Shown here: piece after piece, positions 29,639-40,051 of the stretch
How positions within the stretch are numbered: the stretch's first letter is position 1
Layout of the letters: every line of letters begins with the position of its first letter
Assembly (NCBI GenBank): GCA_963810275.1
Contig: CAWENF010000022.1
Span: 1 to 64,000 of the forward strand
DNA: 64,000 bases
Direction of reading: 5' to 3'
From: an uncultured archaeon
GTDB taxonomy: Archaea; Thermoproteota; Bathyarchaeia; Bathyarchaeales; Bathycorpusculaceae
The notes under the pieces: model-generated
What the model was told of the DNA's origin: nothing
Database searches by the model: none
Seen by the model: only the letters and a program-made list of their open reading frames with translations
Position numbers and translations under genes: made by a program

Positions 29639-30976
29639 ATGAGAAAGACCATATTTAAAAAGCTGGAAGCACAGGGGCTAATAGCCAACTACAACAGACT
29701 AAGAAAGAACCTGCCGCCTAAACTTCCAGATCGAACATTCATCTGGGATGAAACCTTCAGGGAAGGACTTAAGGCACCAACGGTTTACTTAACTTATGTT
29801 GAGCAGGTTAGACTCGCAAAGTTAATGGATGAAGCCGGCATAGCCGTCGTTAACGTCGGTTTCCCTGCACTTTCCGAGGACGAAAAACGCACAGTCAAAC
29901 GTATAGTTAACGAAAGCTTCAACTCCATTAAACTCACAGCTTCCGCGGAGCCAACTAAAAACAGCATTGACGCCTGCTTGGAATGCGGAATCAAGCAAAT
30001 CACCATCGAATCCCCCATAAATGGACTTAACCTCCAATATAAACTCAAGATAACCAGAGAGCAAGGAATCCAGCGCATCGCCGAAGGCATTGAGTACGCT
30101 AAGAAACACGGTGTTACGGTTAACTTTAACTTGATGGACGGCACCCGCACGCCGCTGGAAGACATTATAGCAACTTTTGAGGCGGCAGCTAGCGCCGGAG
30201 CTATCCGTCTTGGCATCGCCGACAGTGTCGGATTCATACGTCCACTATCCATGCGCTATTTAATTTCTCATGTACGTGATAGCTTATCGGAGGAGACTAA
30301 AAAGAAGGCGGACCTCTCGATTCACTGCCACAATGACTTCGGCTTAGCCGCCGCCAACACGCTTGCCGCTATGGAGGAAGGCGTGAGCTATCTTCACACC
30401 TGCATCGCTGGCTTTGGCGAGCGTGCAGGCATTGCACCGTTTGAAGAAGTTGTCACAGCCGCAGAGTTGCTATACAATATCGACACAGGCATCGATATGG
30501 GCAAAATCTATCGTATAGCCCAGTCCGCGGAGAAAGCCTTTGCCATGCCAATTCAGTTCCATAAACCCATTATAGGCGAGAACATCTTCACCCACGAAGT
30601 TGAAGAAGAAGTCGAAGAAATGATGTCTCAGCCTCTTGTTTTTGAGCCGTTCCCTCCAGAGATTGTTGGGCGGGAAACCATGATTTTCATCGGCAGAAAC
30701 ACAGGCCAAACCCTTATCCAAAAGCTATTGGAAAACGCCGGCATCAGGGCCTCGCCGCGCCAGATGGATGAATTGTTCCGCCGAATCAAAGGTCCACAGG
30801 AGAGTCTTGACAAGGGGGAGGCACAAATGACTTACTACCAAGTCAAGAAGCTTATGAAAGACCTGCTGAAGGGCTACACGATGGATGAGTTCTGGCGTCT
30901 AGTTGAGCAGGTTACGCGTCAACGTCCAAGAACGCCTAAGGCAAGCAAGAAGGGAACAGCTGACAAGCTACTTTAG
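29639..30976 (+). CDS. Divergent DRE-TIM (LeuA/homocitrate/citramalate synthase) family protein
   Basis: WDETFREG, IADSVG, HCHNDFGLAAANTLAA, GFGERAG and KPIIGENIFTHE motifs. Confidence 0.85.
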   Translation: MRKTIFKKLEAQGLIANYNRLRKNLPPKLPDRTFIWDETFREGLKAPTVYLTYVEQVRLAKLMDEAGIAVVNVGFPALSEDEKRTVKRIVNESFNSIKLTASAEPTKNSIDACLECGIKQITIESPINGLNLQYKLKITREQGIQRIAEGIEYAKKHGVTVNFNLMDGTRTPLEDIIATFEAAASAGAIRLGIADSVGFIRPLSMRYLISHVRDSLSEETKKKADLSIHCHNDFGLAAANTLAAMEEGVSYLHTCIAGFGERAGIAPFEEVVTAAELLYNIDTGIDMGKIYRIAQSAEKAFAMPIQFHKPIIGENIFTHEVEEEVEEMMSQPLVFEPFPPEIVGRETMIFIGRNTGQTLIQKLLENAGIRASPRQMDELFRRIKGPQESLDKGEAQMTYYQVKKLMKDLLKGYTMDEFWRLVEQVTRQRPRTPKASKKGTADKLL

Positions 30977-31952
30977 AGCGTTTTTTATTTTTTCCATTTC
31001 TTTTTTGTTGGGTTTTTGTGGGTAGTTGTAGATGGGACCGCCGGGTTTTTCGTTGTAGTAGGGACGGTTGCAGTATGGGCAGCCCGAAGTTTGGAAGGGC
31101 TCGCTGGATTCGATTGCTACTTGGAGGGTTTGGGTTGTGGCGCCGAAACTTTTGATTTGTCCGACTTCATTAAATGTCATATTGGATGATTTGGTTTTGC
31201 CTGACACGATTAGGTGGCGTGCAAGCTGTACCCGCCGATACATATCCAACTTAGGTGGGGTGTGCTTCTCCAATACTGTGCCCCTCACAGGCGTAAACGC
31301 AAATAACGCAGGTAAAACACCTAAATCAACGCACCTCTGGATAACTTCAACTACTTGCCTCTCTGACTCGCCCAAACCTACAATAATATGTGTGCTGAGG
31401 TTACCCGCTCCGAAAACAGAATGTGCCTCCTCTAAGAGTTGGAATTGACGTTGCCAGAGGTAGGATCCACCTTTTACTTGGTTAAAGATTTCTTCGGTGG
31501 CTGCGTCCAGTGCAATCCCTAATCTGTCCGCTCCAGCCTTCTTGAGCAGACTTATGTTTTTTTGATTGTATGGCTGGCATGAAACCGAAACGGGAACAGT
31601 GCTTTGACGTTTTATTCCTTTTATTACCACTTGGAGGTCGCTAAACATGTTTGGGTAGTTGAGAGCTTGGATGCAGACCCGCCCAATCTTGCCTTCTCTA
31701 AAAGCTCCAGCAATCAACGGCAAAACAGTTTCCGTTGGAAAAATGGGCCATGATAACTCTGGAAAGCAACTCAGAACTGCCATTGCTATCCTTTGCTTGG
31801 GCGCAAAACCCGCAGTTCCCCGCACATTTTCCCGCATAGTAAGTCATCAAGTATGCTGTTTTTGGAGCCGCGTCGAGTTTAGTCTTCTGCAAGCCTAAAA
31901 CTGCGGCTGTGCCGACCGAAACGCGTATCTGTGTGGGCAGGGCATACATCAA
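30968..31952 (-). CDS. Radical SAM protein, LipS2-type archaeal lipoyl synthase subunit (frameshift near 31750)
   Basis: CAGNCGFC in ORF 31698-31952 joins ORF 30968-31837, which carries TSGCPYCNRP, matching the LipS2 motif TxGCPxC(N/D)RP. Confidence 0.75.
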
Positions 31953-32125
31953 TGAGTCAACTGTCTGGTTGTTTTGTGAGTTGTAGTAGTTAAAGATTAA
32001 AGGCAGCAGTGGTGTTCCAGTTTGGAACAGAATGTTCCAACATTAGAGTAAAAACAGATGCCGATTAAGGTAATGCAAGGAGCATATTAACTACGAACAA
32101 GAAAAACTCGGTACTCTTCGTTGCA

Positions 32126-33415
32126 TTGGCTCTGGCATTGTTGGCGTCGTCGGCGGCATTAACGCTTGTGGCTAACGCGGGGACCCAAAACCTTAATGCC
32201 CTAACCGAGCCCGTCAAGCTGAGCACAGAGTTGCCAAGCGGTGTAGGATATAACGTCTACCAATTACCCGATGGCAACTTGGTTTTGAACAGCGCCAACC
32301 AGTCAGGAACTTATCTAACCAAGCTTGACGCACACAGCCAAATCTTATGGACACAACTAATCCATGCTGGACAGGAGCCGCTAATGCGACTGGTTGCGCT
32401 GCGAGATGGAAGTTATCTGCTGGGGGGAATAGTTGGTGAACGCTATGTGCTTGTCAAAACCGACGCATACGGTAACGTTGAGAGGATAAAAACCTTGGAT
32501 TCAGGCGCTAACGTCAATTACCTAATGGATGTAGCTGAAGCGGAAGACGGCGGGTTTGTTTTGGCAGGTTTTGGGGTACCTGAAGTTGACGGGTTAGGCT
32601 GGATTTGGTATGCCAAAACCGATAACACAGGAGATCTATTGTGGAGTAGAAACATCAATGGACCTGCAAATGATTGTCCCTCTCATCTTATGCCAGCCGA
32701 AGACGATGGGTTTATACTCTCGGACACGGCGTACTCGTTTACACCAGACCAAGCCTTCTTCCGTCTCATCCACATAGACCGCGACGGCAACGTTTTAGGA
32801 AACAGCAGCTACGGCGGCTACGGCTACTATTATCAACCTGAATGCAATAGCGCCATAGAAACCGCAGACAGAGGCTACTTAATGTTGGGGTACTTATGGC
32901 TTAAGTCAGCCTGGACCGTGAAAGTAGACGCAGACGGTGTTATAGAATGGAACCATACCTACGGGGGCTCCCGCGACGCAATCACTGCGGCGCTGGAAAC
33001 ACAAAATGGGTACTTGTTGCAGGAGTATCTTGACGGTAACGGCACGGGAGTCATCCTAACCGACAGCTTAGGAAATGAGGTTTGGAATGCTACGTGGGTG
33101 AATGTGTCGATGCCGGTGGGTATGGAGGCGAATTTCCACTCTCTCATAGAAGCCCAAGGCGGCGGCTACATTATGGTTGCTTCCAAGGATAACTCTGTTT
33201 GGCTCGTTAAATTTGATTATCCAAGTGAGCAGCTGGTTTGGTTGTGGGTTGTTGCAGGAGGGTTAGCGGTTGCTGCAGTTTTTTTTATTGCAGCTTCATT
33301 TTTTTGCAGTAAAGATTCAGGGCGGCGCGGATTTTGTAGGTTTCCTGATGAAGCTGAAAATGCGACTGGCGAACGAAACCAAAAAGAAAAACAAAAAAGC
33401 GTACTGCACAAATAA
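32126..33415 (+). CDS. Secreted beta-propeller-like repeat protein with C-terminal TM anchor (both ends uncertain)
   Basis: Signal-like N-terminus, repeated (L/V)KxDxxGxxxW and DGG(F/Y) units, and a C-terminal TM. Confidence 0.75.
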   Translation: MALALLASSAALTLVANAGTQNLNALTEPVKLSTELPSGVGYNVYQLPDGNLVLNSANQSGTYLTKLDAHSQILWTQLIHAGQEPLMRLVALRDGSYLLGGIVGERYVLVKTDAYGNVERIKTLDSGANVNYLMDVAEAEDGGFVLAGFGVPEVDGLGWIWYAKTDNTGDLLWSRNINGPANDCPSHLMPAEDDGFILSDTAYSFTPDQAFFRLIHIDRDGNVLGNSSYGGYGYYYQPECNSAIETADRGYLMLGYLWLKSAWTVKVDADGVIEWNHTYGGSRDAITAALETQNGYLLQEYLDGNGTGVILTDSLGNEVWNATWVNVSMPVGMEANFHSLIEAQGGGYIMVASKDNSVWLVKFDYPSEQLVWLWVVAGGLAVAAVFFIAASFFCSKDSGRRGFCRFPDEAENATGERNQKEKQKSVLHK

Positions 33416-33850
33416 AAATGTCGCCTTGGCCGGCACCAACAGAGTTAAGGCGGCGCCAATGTATAATGTGCTGCCGAGATATCTGCCGACTAGGTCGTAG
33501 AGTTTTCGTGCAAACAAGCTTGTTAATATGAATTGGGCAAAGGCGACTGCTAAGAGAAACACAAACCACAGAGAGTACAAACCCAAAACTACAAATAAAG
33601 TGTATATACCAAACATTAAAGTGAAGTCTGTTGCGGCATCGTAATAGGCACCCACCTTTGAAGATACCGCCAATCTTCGCGCAAGATAACCGTCAAGGTA
33701 GTCAGTGGCTGCGCAGAAAATCAGCAAACCCAAAAAAATCCAAGTATCGTTTGACATGTAAAAATAAATAAAAAGAGGTAAAACTAACAAACGCAGCGAG
33801 CTAACTGTAAAAGGAACGAGTTTTTTGTTCATATCTGTCCTCTGAGACAT
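33317..33850 (-). CDS. CDP-alcohol phosphatidyltransferase
   Basis: Signature TDYLDGYLARRLAVSSKVGAYYDAATD. Confidence 0.9.
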   Translation of the reverse strand: MSQRTDMNKKLVPFTVSSLRLLVLPLFIYFYMSNDTWIFLGLLIFCAATDYLDGYLARRLAVSSKVGAYYDAATDFTLMFGIYTLFVVLGLYSLWFVFLLAVAFAQFILTSLFARKLYDLVGRYLGSTLYIGAALTLLVPAKATFLFVQYAFLFFFLVSFASRIFSFIRKPTKSAPP

Positions 33851-34088
33851 CGTAAAGTAGGTTTTTGTGTATCAACAGTATGTTGGTTGGCGTCTATAAA
33901 TGGTAAGGACTAAGAATTATTGAAGTCCTTTTTCGCAGTAATAAAATTAGATATTCATATGTCTAAGCTTAGTTTTTAGCTGCCGGAGATATTGGGATTT
34001 AAAGCATCCAGAGTGCATACTCGGCAAAACTTTATTATTCGACTGTGATTTTTTACACACGGTTGAATCGAGTTACTGATCAGCCTTA

Positions 34089-34760
34089 ATGTCCAGATTT
34101 GAGGCACACAAAGTGACGAAACTTAGCAGTCTAGGCTTTGCCAAAGGCGTCAACTGTGAAGCTATAGTCACAACCCTAAACCCCGACGGTTCCCCAAACG
34201 CTGCTCCAATGGGTATGCAGATGAAAGATGAACAGCATCTCACTCTCAACGTCTATAACACGGCGCAGACCTGCCAGAACCTCCAAGCTAAAAAATGTGC
34301 CATCGTGAATTTGACTAACAGTATAGAGGTTTTTTACCGCTCCACGTTTAAGGAGGCAAACCCAAACGGCAGAATCCCTGCGACGTGGTTTGTTAAATCC
34401 GAAGCGGCAGTAGCACCTAGACTCAGGCACGCCGACGCAGCCATAGAAGTGGCTGTAAGCTCGCTTTCTGTAGGGGAAGAGCGAACGATATTCAACTTTA
34501 AAGTCGAGACGGTAGCAGCAAAGGAGCAGCTGCCACGAGTGTACTGCCGAGCGCTGCCGCTGACCATAGAGGCAGTTACTCATGCGACCCGAGTCAAAGC
34601 CTTCATGCATATGCCCGAAAAGCGCGAGCAGGTGGAACAGCTAATAGAAACAATCCGAAGCCACGCCAAAATAGTTGAGCGCGTAGCCCCCAGCTCAGAG
34701 TTCACCGCTGTATTCCAAGATTTAGAGAAACGAATCGAAACGTGGAGGACACGGCCATAA
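34089..34760 (+). CDS. DUF447-family protein (methanopterin gene cluster)
   Basis: EAIVTTLNPDGSPNAAPMG and IEAVTHATR; overlaps the RFA-P synthase start. Confidence 0.8.
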   Translation: MSRFEAHKVTKLSSLGFAKGVNCEAIVTTLNPDGSPNAAPMGMQMKDEQHLTLNVYNTAQTCQNLQAKKCAIVNLTNSIEVFYRSTFKEANPNGRIPATWFVKSEAAVAPRLRHADAAIEVAVSSLSVGEERTIFNFKVETVAAKEQLPRVYCRALPLTIEAVTHATRVKAFMHMPEKREQVEQLIETIRSHAKIVERVAPSSEFTAVFQDLEKRIETWRTRP

Positions 34761-35708
34761 AAGTCTACGTTAAAACCCCTGCTAGGCTGCATTTCGGCTT
34801 AATTGATATGAACGGTGATTTAGGCAGGTTGTTTGGCGGCTTAGGCGTAGCTATAGACCACCCAAACGTCGTTATACAAGCCCAAACAGTCAAAGGGCTA
34901 AAAATTACGGGTGAAAAGGTTGACCACGCCACAAGAGCAGCAGACCGATTCTTCCACGCTTACGACGTCTCCAAACAAGCTCATTTGCATGTCGCAAAAG
35001 CCATCCCTTGTCACTCAGGGTTAGGCTCAGGCACCCAGCTTTCAATTGCAGTGGCGGTTGCGCTGGCAAAACTATGCGGCGTCAAAGCCTCCGTGCCCGA
35101 GTTGGCAGTAGCGGTTGACCGCGCACGACGCACCAGCGTAGGCACCAGCATCTTTGAGTACGGCGGGTTTGTGGTGGACGGCGGCAAAAACCAAAAAACC
35201 CAAGCGTGCCCCCCGCTGATTTACAGACAACCTTTCCCGCCGGAGTGGCGCTTCATCGTCACCATGCCTAACCAACCCAAGGGGCTGTGCAATGTGGAGG
35301 AGAAAAACGCTTTTGACAAGCTTGCCCCCATGCCGCCTAAGGTGGTGGGGCAGATGTGCCGCTTAACAATGTACAAGCTGCTGCCAGCATTGGCGGAGCA
35401 TGACATCGAAGAGTTCGGCGATGCACTAACCAGAATCCAGGTTTTGACGGGCAGCCACTTCACTGAAGCGCAGGGAGGAACCTACGCAGGCCAAACCGCT
35501 GCGGACTGCGTCGAATTCATGAAAAGCATCGGCACTTACGGCGTTGGACAGAGCAGTTGGGGTCCAGCACTTTATGGCGTGGTGAAGCAGGAACAAGCAA
35601 AGGCGATACTGTCTAAAGTTAAGGCTTATCTTAAAGCGGGCGTCAGGCGGGGAAGCGTTTATTGCTAAGGCGAATAACCGCGGCGCCACAGTCAGGGTTG
35701 AGCATTAG
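34742..35708 (+). CDS. mptG: Beta-ribofuranosylaminobenzene 5'-phosphate (RFA-P) synthase, GHMP family (frameshift near 35645)
   Basis: TPARLHFGLID, HSGLGSGTQ, GGFVVDGG and GQSSWGP; the shifted C-terminus AKANNRGATVRVEH* ends at 35708. Confidence 0.85.
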
Positions 35709-37274
35709 TGAAGGCGCTTTTGGTTACGGGGCAGTTGGCGCAGGAAGCCGTCGCCGCATACGCCAAGCAGAGCATTGTGGAGACGGAGATTTTTGCGCTT
35801 AAAATCGCCGTCGCAGCTTTTTTGACACCGCAAGCCATCATCGACGGCTTAAAAGACAAGAATTTAGCTGGTTTTAACGTTATTATAACGCCGGGGCTGC
35901 TAAGAGGCGACACACAAGCCATCACAGTCGCCACGGGTGTACCTGCGTTTAAGGGTCCACGCTACGCCGCCGACTTGCCCACGGTGCTGGACATGCTCTG
36001 TGAAGTCCAGCTAGTCCACAACAATCCCAGCAGATGACCTGCTAAGAGAAAAACTTGCCGAGAAAGCGTTGGCAGAGATAAAAAAAGTCGAAGCCCAACG
36101 CAATGAGTTGCTGCAGAAATCTGGCAACATGCTCGTCGCCGATGTCGCCGTCGGAGCGGATTTTCCCCTGCGTGTCTTAGCTGAAATCGTGGACGCCGCC
36201 CTCATGACCAAAGAGGAAATCCAGGAAACCGCCAGACGCTTCGCTGATGCTGGTGCGGACTTTATTGATGTGGGGATGGTTGCGGGTGAGTCGCAGCCAG
36301 AGAAAGCTGCGGATATGGTAAGTTGGGTCAAAGAAGCTGTTGACTTGCCAGTTAGTATCGATACATTGAACGTTGAGGAAATCCGAGCCGCCGTCTCAGC
36401 AGGCGCAGAACTGGTTTTAAGCGCCGATGCGGGCAATATCGAAGCAATCGCTCCCTACGTCAAGGATGTTGCGGTGGTTGTTATCCCAACTAACCAGCGG
36501 CAGGGCTACATTCCTAAATCGGCTCACGAACGCGTAAATTTTTTGGAGAAAATCATTCTCAAAGCCAAAGCGCTGGGCGTACAGCGGTGTCTTGCGGATT
36601 TAATTGTGGAGCCGCAGGAAATCTTGGATTCATTTATCGCCTTTAAAGAGTTCCACAAAAGAAACCCAGAGGTGCCGCTGTTCTTCGGAATCTCAAACGT
36701 GACAGAACTGTTTGATGCAGACTCGGTCGGTTTAAACGCCTTACTCACGAGGCTCTCAGCAGAAGTCGGAGGCGGCATCCTACTCGCCACTGAGAAAAGC
36801 ATCAAAGCCAAAGGAACCGTCGCCGAAGAAGCCACCGCAGCCAATATGATGTTCCTCGCAAAAAAGCGTGGCTCCGTGCCTAAAGACCTCGGAATTGACT
36901 TGCTGGTTTTGAAGGATAAACGTAGCTTCGAGGAAACTTACGACAAACAAACCTCCGAGGCGGACGCAAAAGTCTCAGTCGTCGCAGGAGAACCGACAAT
37001 AGCCACCTTAGACAAACTGGGAGCATTCAAAATCGCGGTAGACCGACGAGAAAATTTGCTTGTCGCTGTGCACTTCCTGCCTGATGACATGACAAAACCC
37101 GTCCATGTCGTTAAAGGCAAATCTGCCGAAGCCGTCTACCAAAAAATCCTTATGATAGGCTTAGTGTCGCAGCTGGACCATGCTGCCTACTTGGGCATGG
37201 AACTTGCAAAAGCCGAAACAGCCCTCAAATCAGGCAAAAATTATGTGCAGGATTTGTCGCTCTTCAAAAAATAA
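35708..37274 (+). CDS. Dihydropteroate synthase-like (methanopterin pathway) protein with C-terminal DUF4346-like domain (frameshift near 36012)
   Basis: LLVTGQLA..KGPRYAADL, then VLAEIVDA, IDVG, VSIDT, GISNVTELFDADS, PKDLGIDLL and SQLDHAAYLGMELAKAE. Confidence 0.85.
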
Positions 37275-37286
37275 AAAAAAGAAAAG

Positions 37287-38093
37287 CTAGTGGGTCGCCG
37301 CTTGTTTTGCGGCTTTTTTGTTTTTATCCTCAAATGGGAAAAAGGTTGTCTTGAGTGCCTTAATCATGGGCACCCCGATTACCACTGATAATATGACCAG
37401 CAGTGTTCTCTCAATGGGGTAAACCACAAACGATGCAGGCCAGATTATGGTGGTTAGAGTCTCAGGTGCTATGACGTGCGTTAGTTGAGTACTGATGACT
37501 TCGGTAAGTATGTTTCCTGTTAGGTGCTGCATCATTGTTCCTACGAAAGCTAAGACGCCAAGGCCCACAGCTATGTAGGCAGGTTTTAGGGTTTTTATCC
37601 AGTCAGGCGCTTTGTAGCCCAGCGGCGAAATAAGAACAGCTAAGGCAACGATGTGGAGCCAGAAGAATGGCACACCGCCAATGAACCAGACCGTCAAGGG
37701 GTTAGCTAGGAAAATCCCCAGCAAGGCTACATTAAGTATGATTGCGGGTATCCATTTCTTTTTCATTATCAAGCCGATGGCGACGACGTTTACGAATGCT
37801 GGCAGGAAGTCTAAGCCTAAAAAGTTGACTGGTCTGCCAAACCCAAACGATAAGAAGGTGCCCAGTATGACGCTGGCACCGCCAACGTAAGGGCCCAGGA
37901 TGATAGCGTATATGGGAACAAGACAGTCGGCGACTGAGAATGGCCCTGAGAGTCCTATCATGGGTCCGAGTGGTATTAGTTTGACTACGGCGTAGAGTGC
38001 CGCAAAGATTGCTGTTGCGGCTATGGCTTTTGTGTTTTTGTTGAGGTTTCTTATACTGCTTACCTTTATTCCCCTCAAACTATTTTTTTTCAA
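37287..38093 (-). CDS. Polytopic membrane protein, ECF S-component-like
   Basis: AIFAALYAV and AIILGPYVG pattern; about seven TMs. Confidence 0.65.
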   Translation of the reverse strand: MKKNSLRGIKVSSIRNLNKNTKAIAATAIFAALYAVVKLIPLGPMIGLSGPFSVADCLVPIYAIILGPYVGGASVILGTFLSFGFGRPVNFLGLDFLPAFVNVVAIGLIMKKKWIPAIILNVALLGIFLANPLTVWFIGGVPFFWLHIVALAVLISPLGYKAPDWIKTLKPAYIAVGLGVLAFVGTMMQHLTGNILTEVISTQLTHVIAPETLTTIIWPASFVVYPIERTLLVILSVVIGVPMIKALKTTFFPFEDKNKKAAKQAATH

Positions 38094-38182
38094 CGCAGTG
38101 TAAAAATTTACAATGACTAATAAAAGTTTCCATAACCACTAACTCAGCGCCAACTGCAACTTCGAAAAAATAAAAAAGAAAA

Positions 38183-39190
38183 CTATGCCAAATGCTCCTT
38201 CAGCCACTCAATAACTAAAGACAGCGCATCCGAATCCAGCTTGCCACCAGCCACGTTGTACTCTAAAGAAGCCATACCTGTCAACTCAGCCCTCGGCTTA
38301 GCCTCATATTTGAGAACATGATTTGCGTTTTCGGGGTAAACAAAAGTCACATCAACCTTGCCTTTAGTGGCGGCTTCTAAGGGGGCACCGTCGAGCTGCC
38401 AATCCACCTGCACATCCTTTTTGCCGATAACCACCAAAACAGGAACATCAACTTTGCCTATGTACTGAGCTGGGTTATACAGCCAGAATTCCTTAGCAAA
38501 AGGCAAATTCACAGGAACCGTCAGAGCCATGAGCAGATTACGCGCAAACTCAGGAAGAGCAGGGTCAACGTTCATGGGTTTTCCCGCAGCAAAATCAGTT
38601 ACTGCAGCGTTGTAGCTTTGAATCAATGCTTCCCCGTTGGGTAAGGTTTTCAGTTGAGTTTGAATTTGGGTTTGCACAACATCACATATGGCTCGTCCCG
38701 GAGCACCGGTTAACACCAGCCCACGGAAGCGGTTGCATTTGGTTTGGAGTTGATAGTTGAGGGCGTGCATTTCGCCTTCGCTACTTGTCAGTGCAAAAAC
38801 ACCTTTTGGGGCTTTACCTGAAGCAAGAAGGGTTTGCACTGCACCTGCCAATTCGTCTTGGTGGCTTTGCATGCTGATTTTTCCAATCAACTTAGTCATG
38901 TTTTCTTTCATATGAGGACCAGAAGCCCTTTTATCGTAACGCAACGTGCTAAAGCCCTCTTTGGCAAGTGCCTCGGCGAGGAGCTTGCCACTACCGTTTG
39001 AACCGGGGAGAACCGGAGAGTTCCAGTCACGATCTGTTGGTCCACTACCTGCTACAAATATGACTCCACAACCGTTGCCGCCTTCTTTAGGGTAAGTCAA
39101 GGTGGCTTCCATAGCCACATCGTCTAATAGCCAAGAAACCTGTTCATTAACTAACTCACGTTCACATACCATCAGAGTTGCCTCACACAA
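38183..39190 (-). CDS. Alpha/beta hydrolase
   Basis: GSGPTDRDWN, LRYDKR, nucleophile elbow TSSEG, GKKDVQV and NANHVLK. Confidence 0.85.
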   Translation of the reverse strand: MCEATLMVCERELVNEQVSWLLDDVAMEATLTYPKEGGNGCGVIFVAGSGPTDRDWNSPVLPGSNGSGKLLAEALAKEGFSTLRYDKRASGPHMKENMTKLIGKISMQSHQDELAGAVQTLLASGKAPKGVFALTSSEGEMHALNYQLQTKCNRFRGLVLTGAPGRAICDVVQTQIQTQLKTLPNGEALIQSYNAAVTDFAAGKPMNVDPALPEFARNLLMALTVPVNLPFAKEFWLYNPAQYIGKVDVPVLVVIGKKDVQVDWQLDGAPLEAATKGKVDVTFVYPENANHVLKYEAKPRAELTGMASLEYNVAGGKLDSDALSLVIEWLKEHLA

Positions 39191-39232
39191 GAAAGGTATA
39201 ATTAGAATTTATGTTTACCACAAAAAATGGGG

Positions 39233-40051
39233 TTAAACAGGGATTTTTGAGCCGTCAAATCCGATTTTTGAGATGCCCAGCTCGCCTTTGATTTCCCTAA
39301 GCTCCGTAGCAGTAAAGATGGGTCCGTCACGGCAGACACGGTACTTGCCAATCATGCAGCTCCCACACAAGCCAATTCCGCATCGCATAAGCCGCTCCAG
39401 GCTGGCTTCGACGGGCAGTTTGTGTTTTTCGGTTAACTCAAAGATTTTTTTAACCATGATTTCAGGCCCGCAGGTGTATATCATGTCGAAGCGTTCCTTA
39501 TCGAAGAGTTGAGCCAGCGGCTGCGTGACGAGGCATTGAAGACCTGCAGTGCCGTCGTCGGTTGTTGTTATGATGTTTTGCTCTTGGCAGACTCCGCCGA
39601 TTTCGCTGATAAAAAGTAGCTCGTTTCTTGTTTTGGCGCCTTGAACAAAGGAGAGCCGCGCTGTTTTAGATGCTAGTTGTTTGGCAAGGAACAGTAGTGG
39701 TGCAGTGCCTGTTCCACCTGCTATGAGGAGAACTCTGCCGCGGCTTTCGGTAAAGCAGTTGCCAAATGGGCCGCGGACACCGACTGTTGAGCCTGCCTCC
39801 ATTGTGTGCATGTGGCGGGTGGCGTGGCCGACTGCTTTCACGGAAACCGACACCAAGCCGTTTTGGGCGTTCATGATGCTAAGTGGAATTTCGTCTACTC
39901 CGGGAATCCAAAGCATCAAAAACTGTCCAGGCTTAGCTTTACTGCATAACTTGTCTGTAAACGTGAAGGTTTTAACGGTGGGGCTTTCAGTTCGCACCTG
40001 CACAAGCTGGGTGGTTCGCATTAAATTATTTGCGGTGGGCAAGTCCGACAA
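39233..40051 (-). CDS. pyrK: Dihydroorotate dehydrogenase electron-transfer subunit
   Basis: PGQF, RGPFG, AGGTG, CGPE and [2Fe-2S] motif MRCGIGLCGSC..VCRDGP. Confidence 0.93.
   Translation of the reverse strand: MSDLPTANNLMRTTQLVQVRTESPTVKTFTFTDKLCSKAKPGQFLMLWIPGVDEIPLSIMNAQNGLVSVSVKAVGHATRHMHTMEAGSTVGVRGPFGNCFTESRGRVLLIAGGTGTAPLLFLAKQLASKTARLSFVQGAKTRNELLFISEIGGVCQEQNIITTTDDGTAGLQCLVTQPLAQLFDKERFDMIYTCGPEIMVKKIFELTEKHKLPVEASLERLMRCGIGLCGSCMIGKYRVCRDGPIFTATELREIKGELGISKIGFDGSKIPV

Noticed and set aside
33317-33415. 99-bp convergent gene overlap
   Set aside because: The overlapping tail follows T-homopolymers just after the TM anchor, so it is probably an indel-extended C-terminus.
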